Assembly: GCA_032718475.1 (NCBI GenBank)
Contig: JAUCBJ010008343.1
Coordinates: 1-64,000 of the forward strand
Origin: Nemertoderma westbladi
Lineage: Eukaryota > Animalia > Xenacoelomorpha
Length of the DNA: 64,000 nucleotides
Direction: 5' to 3'
In this document: positions 39,913 to 52,668 of the stretch, piece after piece
How positions within the stretch are numbered: position 1 is the first letter of the stretch
Layout: each line of letters begins with the position of its first letter
The notes under the pieces: generated by a model
Told to the model about the DNA's origin: nothing
What the model saw: the letters and a program-made list of their open reading frames with translations, nothing else
The model's database searches: none
Position numbers and translations under genes: made by a program

Positions 39913-41071
39913 GGATGTAGGACAATTTGGTCCCGGACAATTCGGTCCCGGACAATTCGGCCCGGACAATTCGGTCCCGGATAATTCGGTCCCAAAACAC
40001 TAAATAAATGGTACCGAATTGTCCGGGACCGAATTGTCCTAGGACCGAATTGTCCTAGGACCGAATTGTCCGGGACCGAATTGTCCGGAACCGAATTGTC
40101 CGGGACCGAATAGTCCGGGACCGAATTGTCCGGGACCGAATTGTCCGGTTCCTGATAGCAGCTTTTTAGTGCTTAATTTTGATATTGGTGAATATTCTAG
40201 AACATTAGTTAGAGATATTTTTTTTATGGTACAGTTTTTTTTTATTGTACAGTAGCTAGTGTTATTTACTAGCTAGAGTTTTTTGAAATTTTAAAAATAC
40301 TATACTTTTTTTTATTTTTGTTATTGGTAAGTGTTGGAGAACATTATTATATATTATTTATTAAGGTGTAGCTAGTGTTTTTTTTACTAGCTAGCATTTC
40401 CTTGAAATTATAAAAAAACTTGTGAAAACATTGATATTTCAGAATTAGGCCTAAACTGTTGCTGATTATATTAATTACCAAAAATATTGATGATATTAAA
40501 ACAGATCCAGCTATTATCTAAGATAATAACCAACCAAGAACACATACAGTATAGGCCTACGTACGCAATATATAAAAAAAATCAGTTTTACACATTTTAA
40601 TTACATACTATTACTAGGTAGTAAATAATTCACAAGCTCCATAAAAACACCATATTAAGCTACCATAACTAATAATGTTAACAAAAAAAGTAAAATTTCT
40701 TATTTTCAAAAAAATACTAGCTAGTAAAAAAAACACTAGCTACCATATAATAATATCTTTTAAGGCTCTAGAACATTCACCATTTATATAGTACAGTAGG
40801 CCTAGTACCAATTAAATTTGGTCCCGGACAATTCGATCCCGGACAATTCGGTCCCGGACAATTCGGTCCCGGACAATTCGGTCCCGGACAATTCGGTCCC
40901 GGACAATTCGGTCCCATTAATATGCATGTTTTGTGACCGAATTGTCCTAGTCAGTATCCGGACAATTCGGTCCCAAAACACAAAATTAATGGGACCGAAT
41001 TGTCCGGTACCGAATTGTCCGGGACCGAATTGTCCGGACCGAATTGTCCGGGACCGAATTGTCCTGCTTCC
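39913..41071. mobile_element. Foldback-type non-autonomous DNA transposon with GGACAATTCGGTCCC arrays
   Basis: TIRs GGATGTAGGACAATT / AATTGTCCTGCTTCC; both ends carry forward and inverted 15-bp arrays; TSD ambiguous. Confidence 0.8.
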
Positions 41072-43837
41072 ATTTTAGATATATAAGGGAAAACAAATAA
41101 TCATCATAATCACAACATAATAATAATGATTTATATATACAGTATAATAATATTCAACAACATGCACAATGTTCAAATGTTGGCATTAGTTACTACAATG
41201 ATAGATACAGTAACTGAAATAGGATACTGAAAGTAAACTGAGCAATCGTATCAACTATAGGCTAAAAAGTGACATAATTATAATGCACAAATATATAGTA
41301 CCATACTCAGCGTCACAATTCTAATTTTACAAACCTTTAACCAGTTGTTAAACATTACGTATTTCATTACAAAATTCGTATAAATATTAATTACTAATGT
41401 GAAACAATTACAAATAGAGGAAATGAAGGGAAGGGGGGGGGGGGGGGGGGGGGGGGGATATGTCTAAGCAGTTACCTCCAAAGCATTTTTGCGTAATTTC
41501 AGAGCTTTATAAATGAATAGGGATAGATTTGTTATTACATTCGGCGAAGGCGATGACATAATCTTCTTACATTTAAAGAGGGAAAGAAAACGTGAATTGT
41601 AGGGAGCTATGAAAATGTTGCGAATAGTTTGATAGGCTGGACAAACCAGCAAAAATGAAACTCATCTTCCACCACATTTATTGAACACATCTGACAAAAC
41701 GTTCATTGCGATGGTACATGGTACCACCTACCATAGTCTCTACGCGCAGGTATGTTGGCTTGTCTTTTAGATGAAAAAGGTAATACTCAGGATCGAAAGA
41801 GACTTTAACATACAACTCGCCCTTCGGCGATGCATCGTTTGAGTGATAATAAATTATTATCATTCAAACATATGCGCGGGTTGTATTCCTAAGTATAGGA
41901 AAGAAGAATGCAACATTCGACCAATTTGGAATTCTCCCGAGTCTACCTTTTATTGAAATTTAAATTACTAGTAATGCTTGTACAGTATAAGAATCTTTTT
42001 AGAAAATCTCCATATGTCAACCATCTTCAGGTTCACTTTAACTATTTTATTTCATGGAAATAAAAGAGCACATGGATATCATACATATGTACTTATTGTA
42101 TTGTACTACAACAGTATCGTACACGTACCGGTACAGCAAGCAGTACACGTACCGGTACAGCAAGCAGTACACGTACCGGTACAGCAAGCAGTACACGTAC
42201 CGGTACTGTATATATCAATAACAGTTTTTTTCTAAATAAATACCCTACTTTGGTTCTTCTTAATGAGATTAAAATTTTGCAAATTGCAACAAACATTATC
42301 CCACAACCAGTTTATGTACGTCATATGCATTAAATAAACAATGAAACGTAGTAATATATAAATAAAGTTATAAATCCAAAAATACTGTAAACTCCCCCGC
42401 AGAGGCGTATCGAGTGGTTTTGGAGTAAATTTTGGTGCAAGCAAGCACAGATTTTTGCCCCCACCACCACCCCCCTCATAAAAAAACACTAAAAATGTCA
42501 TTATTCAAAGACACATATTTTTAAGGGCACAATAATTGTTCTTAACAAATACAAATGTAGTAATATTATAAGGTAGTAAATAGTAATATTACTAGAAATA
42601 CTAGTGGACTCTTAATTTTATACTAACTTTAGTATGTAATATAATGAACCATATACATTTTAAAGATTTATTTTTCTGGCTTTTATTGCTGCAAAATTGT
42701 ATCAGTTTATCAGTATCAGTATGAGTGTCAGTATCAGTATCAGTATGAAGTAATGTCAGAATATGTCAGAATGTACGTATCGACACTTGATACAGCCGTC
42801 GGCCGTACATCAGTACATGCCTACCCTGCAAACCAGAAGTATCCGAGGATTAATTTTGTATTGGAATTTTAATGCAGCTAAAAAGCTGTGCAATGCTGCA
42901 ATGACTGCAATGAGACAAGTTTTTTGATAAAAATACAAAATTTAACATTAAAAAACATGTAGTGAAATAATTATACATTGGAACAGCAATGCTGATTACT
43001 TAACACTTTTAATCACTATATACAGTATTTCAAATGCTATTCGAATATAAGTACATTCCCAACTATTAATATTATAATGTATTTCCAATGTTATCGAAAT
43101 ACATGAAGCCGACTATTTACATTGACGAATTGCCGTTAGTCAACTCAACAGCGAGTTTTTATTTAGCACTTTACAACTTTAGAGGACATTACAGTATTGT
43201 ATTGGCCTGTACATTTGTATTGTATATGGTTATGTAATGTCCGGACCGCGAGCTGTAAAGTTACGCTGTCATGGTTACCACGTAAACAATAGGTGCAGGT
43301 GGTATTTAATATTAATTGCCTGACAGCCAGATAGGCCTACTGCAATACCTTCCGGTAGGCGGGGTATAACTATTAATAACCAGTAGCTATAAACTATTAA
43401 CATGGCTTCAAACTCCTCCATAAATATAAGCTAACTTATTTATAACATAATTTTTGTCATTTTGACTTTATTTATACAGGAACTAATTTATAATTTGTGC
43501 AGTTTCTATCACTTATAATATATATGTATGCATTTCTTAATATATATGTAATATAATATATATAATACAGCAGCAATGCAGCATGCCGATCCTAGTAGTA
43601 GTAGTAGTAGTAGAACACTTTTACAACTATAAGAGTCAAATTACAGTTTAGTTGAGTTCAGTGGTGAAGTATTTCATGATTCTGGTACTGTACTTACAGG
43701 GTACTTTTAACATTGTTTTCATAAAGTTTATATATATATAATGCAAACACACATTCATTAAAAATAAAAAAAAAAAAAAAGTTTTTGTGATGATGGATGG
43801 ATATACAGTACTTTTCCAATTCAATGCAATTTCCCTT

Positions 43838-44989
43838 TCAGCCTGATCCATCACCTATATCAACCTGTTTCTTTTTTACTTTGCAAAGATGTCTAATGAC
43901 TCTTCCAAGAATATTTTCTCTATATATAAGAATCCACAGCAGCTCAATGAACTCGAATACCGTTAGCAGACTCATACCAATCCACAGACCCAACGCACCT
44001 CCGATATTACTCAACAGATCTTGCCATTGGTATTTGGGTGACTCTATGATGGTAGTGACATCCATTGTCTGAAATCCAATCTCTAACTTGGCTATATTTT
44101 CTCTGAACTGACTCAAAAACGAGCCACTGAAGGCGTCATCGTCAACTTTTGTGTGTAACGCTTGGATACACTCTTGGTCAGCTGCACAAGCCTTATCTAT
44201 GACACCCATGAGGAATTTTGTGAAACCTTTTGCATTTTCTTTCTTCAATAAATGTATATTTATATGACCAAGATACTCTTTGGATGGCCACAAAGATTGA
44301 CTGGAATAGGTTGTAAACTCGGTGTGGTTACATGCTTGTGGACAAACACAAAATGCACCGTTTTCATTGCTAGTGTGGTATTTGTCGCGAACTTCTTTAG
44401 GGCACTTTGTTTCCTTCTTAGAAACATCTGTTTCTGCAAAGCTGCACACTTTAGCATCTAGAAAGTAGTCATCAACACATCCACATTCCTTTAACATAAC
44501 TTTCTGCAGGCAAAACTGTTCACACAAGTGGTCATCGTAATCATATTTAACACTTTCAAAATCGGTGTACTGATTTAGCAACCCTGCAAACTCTATATTC
44601 TGGGCACATTTTGTGTAAGGTTCTCCAGCAAGTATTCGAATGGTTTTTTTTATATTTATGTGAGTTCGTCTTCCTGGTACGATTGTTATACCATTTAAGA
44701 GAGGATGTGGTTCTAGTGAAGGAGGATGTATAGTCACGCGGATACCAGTAGATCGAGACATCAACCCTATGTATTCATCGGTTTCTACATTTAATGTCAA
44801 TTTAAGAAGTTGTTCAGGATACTGCACATAATGACGGTTATCTGATGTTGTAGTGCCAGGATTTTCGTAGTTGAATGTGAAACAGTTCCCGTAGTGTTTA
44901 TTCTGAAATTTTAGAAACTCTTTACAAGGCTTACCAGCAAAACTGCAGTCCAACACCATGTCACTAAATTGGTGCCCCAATCTTGAAAC
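43838..44989 (-). CDS. DEG/ENaC copy 3, exon 2 (intact; exon 1 predicted beyond the window)
   Basis: Open frame of 383 aa plus stop from acceptor tag|GTT; nearly identical to copy 2. Confidence 0.9.
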   Translation of the reverse strand, partial: VSRLGHQFSDMVLDCSFAGKPCKEFLKFQNKHYGNCFTFNYENPGTTTSDNRHYVQYPEQLLKLTLNVETDEYIGLMSRSTGIRVTIHPPSLEPHPLLNGITIVPGRRTHINIKKTIRILAGEPYTKCAQNIEFAGLLNQYTDFESVKYDYDDHLCEQFCLQKVMLKECGCVDDYFLDAKVCSFAETDVSKKETKCPKEVRDKYHTSNENGAFCVCPQACNHTEFTTYSSQSLWPSKEYLGHINIHLLKKENAKGFTKFLMGVIDKACAADQECIQALHTKVDDDAFSGSFLSQFRENIAKLEIGFQTMDVTTIIESPKYQWQDLLSNIGGALGLWIGMSLLTVFEFIELLWILIYRENILGRVIRHLCKVKKKQVDIGDGSG

Positions 44990-45561
44990 CTATGAAACAT
45001 AAATTTAAATGTAGTTTATTAATTTTCAAGTAAAATTTAGATAGATACAAACAGTTTTACATAAATATGTTGACTTGTCTCTGGCATCAATTTTTACTGA
45101 GTAAGTCGATAATAAGTCAAAACACTAAATACTTGAGTAGCCACACTTGTAAATATTGGCGATCGAGTGAGAGAATAGCGTGATGTATAAGTGAGTGAAG
45201 GAAGGTTGTGTCCAATTTGGAAGGAAAATAAGGGCGCCTTTAACAGCTTTGGATTAGTACAGAGATAAGTAATGTGTTGTTAACTGTAGATTAGATTAAC
45301 CAGATGTTGGTGTTATTGTTTTATTTATTGATGAGATGGTATTTGGTATTTGGTAGTTTCATTCCCTGAGTTTAGGTTTCTACATCAAATATTATGTAAC
45401 CCCTAATGGTGTATTGGTTGTATTATTTAGTACGTTGTCCTCAACATACTGTAGTTGAGATTACTTTATTGGTATCATTGGTGAGGTACGTTATCATCAA
45501 CTGAATTGGTGTGACTAGTTATTGGAGATCAATATACAATGCAAACTACAAAACCATTCGG

Positions 45562-45816
45562 TCTTGGGACGTTAGTGCCCGCGAGACATTAGTGCCCGCG
45601 AGACATTAGTGCCAGCGGGCACTAATGTCTCAGTACCCTTAGTGCCCGCGGGCACTAATGTCTCAGTACCTTTAGTGCCAGCGGGCACTAATGTCTCAGT
45701 ACCCTTAGTGCCCGCGGTCACTAATGTCCCATAGGACATTTGTGCCCACAAGACGTTAGTGCCCGCGAGACATTAGTGCTCGCGAGACATTAGTGCCCGC
45801 GAGACATTAGTGCCCA
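45562..45816. repeat. Foldback array of 17-bp GAGACATTAGTGCCCGC units in both orientations
   Basis: Direct and inverted units; a shorter direct-only version lies at 30152-30240. Confidence 0.85.
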
Positions 45817-46761
45817 TCTAGCGACTTAGTTAGTTTATGTAATAAATACAACAGGCCAGGGAGACATGATCCGCTTTTTTAGTTCCTGCTGATGCAAACG
45901 AGTCGTTACTTTCTTCAAACTTCAAAGGTAATTTCCAGTCTTTAGTTCCCGCATCTCGTTATTTAACATTTTAATTTCAACTTGGATCTTTTAAGATTAA
46001 TTAAAACATTTATTAACCTCAGCTAGACATGATAGATTTGTATTATGTGGTTTGGCGGTAAAGTGTTCAAGGAATGACGATTAAACAACAGCGTTTCTCA
46101 TTTCACACACTCATTTCATTGAGTTATATACTTAATTTGTTTAACTTTACTGGAGACAGTGTGTAATAAAAAAAAACAAGGTGCAGTACTATACAGTATA
46201 ATCGTCCGAGGACGCCCTAACTTATATATTTTAGTAATGAATGAGTGATTTCAAGAAAAATATTCAGTCGACTGTCTGACATTTTGTCGACGAATTAAAA
46301 GTAGAGTAGAACTTTTAGTTTATTAAATTAGGGAATTAATTAAATTAGTGTATGTTAATGAAGGAGGAATTCTTTATCTGAAATTTGATAGAGCAGGTCC
46401 TGCTAGCTGGTTTGTGGGCTGGAAAACAGCTTAGTATCATTCTTTAGGTTATACTGTACATATATTCTTAACTTCATTGTTTGTATAAATGTACATTTGG
46501 TTGTAGGGAAGAGATAGGAAGATGATATACGTGTTACTTTCAGTTCAACGTGAGCGATATTAGGCGCGATTATTCCAATAAGAGACGCAATAAAACGCAC
46601 CCCTCTTTGTTTACCGAAGTTTGGAGCGGAATATCTGGGACTTGCGGATATATTAGCGCATTACCTACCACGCTAGGTTGGGTTTGATAGACGCATTGTG
46701 CACCAACTAAATCTGACTCATAACATGTGAGTGGTACTCACTTCTAGATTTGCCGGATTAG

Positions 46762-47350
46762 ATTTTCCTGTCAGGTGAGGACCTTCGAATACGTAAGGGA
46801 AAGGCATGGGCAGCCTTGAATAGGCTTTCCAGGATTTGGAAGTCACCGAGAATTAATCGGAAACTTAAGGTCCGATTATTTAGAGCTGTGGTAGTTCCAG
46901 TACTCCTCTATGGGAGTCCATGCTGGGCTCTAACTGCTGAGGACACCAAATCTCTGGATGGCACATTCACAAGAATGCTACGTCGGGTTCATTGTGTCAA
47001 TTACAATGAACACATCTCTAACCAGACACTATATAACATTGGAAGTGTCTCATTGGTTCCCCCAAGCTTGACACTAGAACAAAATCGCATCCGCTTTGCA
47101 GGACATTGCTTTTGCCGTGAGGACCAGCCAGTGCATAATCTTGTACTTTGGCAGCCTCATGGAGTGAATAAGCATGGTGGACAGCCCATGACTTTCTTGC
47201 GACGCATATTAAAGGACACTGGCCTTGAAGATGCGGATGATCTAGCAAATGTCATGGGTGATAGGGAGTTGTGGCGGCACAATTTTCTCGACAAGCCGGC
47301 ACAGCATTCTTAAAAATGCAGCTGCAATGCAGCATGCCGATCCTAGTAGT
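46762..47350 (+). mobile_element. 5'-truncated RTE-clade LINE with TSD
   Basis: TSD GCCGGATTAG flanks the insertion; empty site at ~31164; LLYGSPCW and RIRFAGHC motifs; short TAG tail. Confidence 0.92.
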
Positions 47351-47957
47351 GCCGGATTAGGATTCATTTGGGATTTAATTTCTTTCACTTTAATTTATTT
47401 TAGTACATAGTTTAAGGGACTGAAAATAAATCTGTCATTACTATTTGCGGACAAAACATTAGCTAGGATATTTAACATCTAATTTGCTTATTAAAGATCG
47501 CCCTTGTGCACACCTCGAACTATGGATTGTCTGTCATTAGTGAGAGTAACAAATAAATTATTTCCTTCCAGAAGAGTGAGAGAGTAGTCTAGGGGTGGGC
47601 TACAGCTACACGTTGGTCGTATTAGCAATAGCTGTCTGTCTGTGGACAGGAAGATTATTAGTTCTTCCGCTGTTCGCGGGTGGATTAGCAGTGATTAGTG
47701 GATCTTAGTGGGAAGACACCGGCGGTTGAGACCGCATTGCATTTAGAACGGCTTGAGGTATTCGACCCTCGACCTCTGGTTCGAAACATCTAGCAAAGAA
47801 ATCATTGACCCTCGAGAACCAAAATAAGAACATTTGTGGATTCGGTTTCTATTTAACAGGGACTGCTTGCTGTATGGGTAGATTATTTGATAATATCGGC
47901 CTAATAGATTTTGGTGTATTTTATATGAATCTGGTACACATCGTACAGTAGATCAGT

Positions 47958-48275
47958 AGTAGGGGTTTGCACGGCTCTGCGACACTTGGACCTCACTGAC
48001 ACCCATTGGGTGTCATATGACACCCAATTATCACCCTATGGGTGTCATTGGGTGTCATTGGCGCCAGACTGTCTGGGTGACACCTCCTAATTAGGCTGAT
48101 TAGATCCTAATTGACAGGTGTCATCAATTAATTAGTACAATTAAACCCTAACAGGTGTCATATGACGCCTAATTAGGGTTTAATGATTATCCTAATTAAT
48201 CAGACTGATTAGCGCCCTGATACACAATGGGTCATCAGTGAGGTCCAAGTGTCGCAGAGCCGTGCAAACCCCTAC
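47958..48275. mobile_element. Palindromic MITE (~40-bp perfect TIRs)
   Basis: GTAGGGGTTTGCACGGCTCTGCGACACTTGGACCTCACTGA and its exact reverse complement ending at 48275. Confidence 0.85.
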
Positions 48276-49898
48276 TGTTTGCGCTTTTAAGACCTTTGAC
48301 AGTTTAACCTGCCAAATTAGGATGTCTTTTAGATGATATATATTCTTTAGCTTATGACGAGTATTTGATACACTACATTAGCCGAAGCCAGTCTATGCGC
48401 AATCATTCACCCGTTGGATATACCCGGGAGACTGAGTTCGGAGCTTAATGATTGATGGTGTAAGCCTACCGTATTATTCGACTGATCGTAATATATAATC
48501 TCTGACAAATATTATTCACTTTCGGGAAATATTAACAGTTCCTTTAGGACGTGGCGCTCTAAATATGTAAACAGAGTTATGACTTAAACTAGACACAACG
48601 AAAAGGCTATAGATTTACGTATATGGCACATTCTTTAGGAGATGCTTTGTTATCAGTTACAATCATACACAATGCTGCACAATGCTGCACACTAATCTGC
48701 CGACCTTCACTAAATTTGGTCACGTATAAAGAGAGCAACATACAATTTATGTCGGGCATATGAAATAGCATGAGATTCACTCATTCGCAATCATTTATCT
48801 GTAACCGGTCTCTCTAACCTTTAGTATATCAAGAAGGTGGGGTGTCTGACTATTGATCAGTATTCCAATATAATATTTCATCAACCAATATAATGAATAA
48901 CCGACAGTAAAAGCAGCAAAGTTAAGGTATGAATGATTATTAAGTGAGTTAACTGAGTTTTGGTATGATTTGGTTTGTTTGATAACAGATATACGTTCTA
49001 TAATTAAGCCTACTAATGTAAAGCTAAAGAATGCTGATATACGGAAGTGCCAAAAGCCGGTGTTCTTAGGCTCTGGGCAAAAACATAACACTGAATTACT
49101 GAGTTTCTGTATCCAACTCCAACACAGAGACAAAAAACGCTCTGATTGGTCAACCGAACAACGAGAGAACAAAGAAACAAAGAAATGTCGACGTGGCAAT
49201 ATCAGCTGTTAGCCGTCGTCATGGTAGCGACACTGTTTTCAAGAGTATCTACCTTATCGCGTCACGAGATTGCGGATTATGTCCTCTAAAGTACAAATAC
49301 AGAAGAAATGACTTTTATGTCCTCTAAAACACCAGTACAGCAAGGACACGGCCTTTTTATGCCTGGTAAACCAACCACAGAGTACTTTACGGGGAAAATA
49401 ACCGGCTAATTACGCAAAAGCTTTTACACCGCTCCCAGAAATTGGGATTTAAGTCTATAAAATATAACAAATCACAGTTTCTAAAATATAAAGATACTCT
49501 AAACAGTTAGTCTTTCTTACGCAGACGGCGTTTACGCAGTTTTTTGAGGCTAGCAAGAGTCCTTTTCTCTTTGGGGCGAGCCACTTTACTAGGAGGGCTA
49601 TAAATCCTGGGTGAAGGGTGCAATATGATTGCATCAGAAGGTGTAGGATTATGGTCGGGGTATCCGCCGTTTCGATATGCTTCTCCTCGAGCTGATTTTC
49701 CTCCGCTCGTAGCTGGATACGTTCATCCAAAACTCTCGCAGAGAATGGAGTTGTCTAAGTTCGATATCTTCTTAGAGATTCTGGATTTCACAATCGAACT
49801 GAGATAAAGACAATTCGTTTATCGCTTGGACTTGCTGTTACAACTTACGTTTATCTGAACAAACGCAGGTTTCCTTTCTGATCTTTGTAGAATAGCGT

Positions 49899-51028
49899 TT
49901 AACTCGTTTGGTACAACGTTCTCCGCCACTTTGGTGACAGGTTATATCGTGTTAAGCCGGGACGATGGTAAGGGTTAAACGGCGATATTAAATGTCCGCG
50001 TCCCAATCCGGCTAGGGAGAATGGGCTAATATCTAGGAAGCCCACAACTGGGGTGCCACCGACTAATTGTTCAGGTAACACTAGATCTTTGAGCAGTGAG
50101 TACAGCTCGGGAGGATCCGTCATACTAATAGGATCAAGAGTCTGAAGTCTCACTAGGGAATGAGGAGTTCTGATCGAGTATTCCGAAACTCTGATCATTG
50201 GTTTATTTAAGGATCGTCTGAGTCGAACGATCGTAGGTGATACATCGAACAAGTTTCGCTCGAAACTCCCGTAAGTATAGCGAGTAAAACCGTGTTTAAA
50301 GCAATGTCTCCGCGGATGTTTATGTCTTTCCGTTTGTTGGTTGGGTCTTGGGCATTCATCGCAATAATACCAAAAACGCACGTCTTGTAGGGGAAACGCG
50401 AGTGATCTTTCTCCAGCTTACGACATTCCTTCATCCGTTCGAAGCTATCCGGTACAACAGGTAGCGATCGATCGGCGGTAAGATACATCATAGTGGAATA
50501 GAGCCGTTTGAGTTCTACCATGCGGTCATGATGTATACCTTGAGGATATCGAGTTTCTAGATTCTGTTGACTGGTAATATCGAGATAGGTTTCTCTCAAG
50601 AATTCCAGGTATTTGGTGGAGTCGCTGCGTTTATCCGGCTCTTCGACATCTGCACTTTCGAGTCGGTTTCGAATAGAATTTTCGTGTTCGAGTCTCAGTT
50701 TATCGTTCCGCTTCCGCTGGGTTTGATATTTAAATAAAACCATTTCCCTTTTGGTATCTATATCGTTCGTATCGTGTAGGTCGATAGGATGACCAGTAGT
50801 TAAGAAGTCCACATACGTACCATTACGATGCGTATAGCGAGCGGTGAAATTTCTATAGTCCAACTCACGCGTGAGCTGCTCTTGGGACATTGGCGGTTCG
50901 ATATAACGACCATCGTCCTCCGCAGCAGTTGGACCAGCGTCGCCGCGTATCAAGATATCGACAAACGCTTGTAAAGGTAGAGTATATCGCTCCCTGATAC
51001 CAAGATCATCTTCTATCAACTCAATCAT
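49899..51028 (-). CDS. Accessory ORF(s) of the BEL element, unknown function; two overlapping frames, probably one ~375-aa protein with a frameshift near 50380-50417
   Basis: 273-aa ATG ORF (51028-50207) overlaps a -1 frame ORF (50381-49899) containing YCDECPRP...HKHPRRHCFKH; higher GC than the flanks. Confidence 0.55.
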
Positions 51029-51070
51029 ATCTGCTATATAAGTTTATCCATATTATAATGAGTTTATATT

Positions 51071-51216
51071 TAGGCGAGCGGGCGTCGCTGCCTACCCCTC
51101 TCTGCCCCCGGACAGTGTAAGATCCTCAGCGCCGATGTACCGTCGTCGCTGTGCTTTCGCCAACGATGTAGCTACACAACGACAACGATAACCGGCACAA
51201 GTCACTTCACTGTCCG
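51071..51216 (-). other. Predicted structured RNA (long rod hairpin plus small hairpin) upstream of the accessory ORF
   Basis: Nested helices found by eye; G-U pairs form only on the - strand. Confidence 0.6.
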
Positions 51217-52668
51217 TCCCAAAGGCTTAGATGTACTGCAGGTTCTTCTTGGAGAGTTAGGGTTACTTTCACAATTGCGACTCGCTACTGTAAACACACC
51301 TTAGTAGTAACATTCACCTACAAACGCACAAATTCAACACAACTGCAACAAACTGCACACATTCGGGCCATTTGTCCATTAGTCAGTACCTTCCAGAATG
51401 TCACTGTATTTATTATGTATCCTTGGATACTAGCAGTGCGCTATTTATTCCCTATGCTATTCAATGGGGCATGCTTTCTATTGTTCTTTTAACTCACTTC
51501 TAATTCTAGCGTGGTTGTTGCCATGGTGACATTATGGAAAGCTAGCGGTAGAATTAGGGTAATTCTCATGCATACAGATCTGGGATGCTATTTAATAGTA
51601 ATTCTTTAATGGTCAATATCCCCTTTATACATGATTCTATGAATTTTATCGTCTATTGACTATACATTGGAGATTCTCGCACACAAATACACTTAATAGA
51701 GTGAATCTCCGCTCCCATGATCTATTAATTAATGGAATTTTGGGAATGTTATAAATTGTATAAAATGACAATTTATTAAATTCATTGAAATATATGAATT
51801 TAAATTTATTCCCGTAAATTTTATTATTTAATGTTAAATAGACACAATTTTATTCCAGAACGTGTCTGGGGACTGGGATCCTTGATTCTAGGAATTTTGT
51901 CCTTTTAAGAGTATCGGTAAGTGCTACGATATCTTAATCGACTAGAATTTTAAAGGATCTGATATTTGACAGATTTTTGTAAGTATTAATAATTAATATT
52001 TAGGATGGGCACCAGTTTATTCCAGAACTTGTCTGGGGACGTTAACCATTGATTCTAGAAATTTGTCTTTCAAGTATATCGGTGGGTGCCGCGATATCTT
52101 AATCGACTAGAATTACATATGGTCAAAGGGTTTAACAGATTTATTTTGCGTTATACGCTACTGTTAAAGGGACATCACGCTACTATATGTATTATTTAAT
52201 ATACGGTATGAGAGCAATATCGCACGAAGCAATGTCAGTGTGAAGAGGCAAGTCGTTTCCAAGGTCTACCCAGAGCCTGGTTTAGCCGAGACACGAGGAT
52301 CTGAACTTTGCATTCCTAATACTCTGCCTACCAATAATACTTAAATATAGTAGTGGCTTTATTGTACTTTAATAAGTACGGATATTTCATCTTACTGTAG
52401 TCACGTATTGATAATGTAATACGGGCAGTAAGGAAAGAGAAAAAGAATTATTTCTCGCCATCGCACTAAATATATAATATACATAATTAAATAATAAATG
52501 CGAATATATATTGCACTAATCTACTAAATAATCTCTAAAATACTATACTACTAAATAAAATTAAATAAAACGATTAAAATAAAATTACATAATAATACAT
52601 ACATAAATATAAAAATAAAACAAATACAAATATAAAGTAATATGGTCACACACCCACTCCAGCCGTTG

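Larger units (their letters stand above)
41083..47953. repeat. Segmental duplication of ~23610-31775 (ENaC copy 2 / copy 3 unit)
   Basis: Collinear high identity from ATAAGGGAAAACAAATAATCATC through exon 2 and most of the intron, broken by differential insertions. Confidence 0.93.

Noticed and set aside
48795-49199. 134-aa ORF in the LTR (repeated at 63625-63963)
   Set aside because: No recognisable motifs; its recurrence only reflects LTR identity.
51109-51216. SECIS element recoding the pol TGA as selenocysteine
   Set aside because: The helix above the UGA/GA motif is far longer than in SECIS, the AAR spacing is wrong, and the TGA is not at a Cys-like position.
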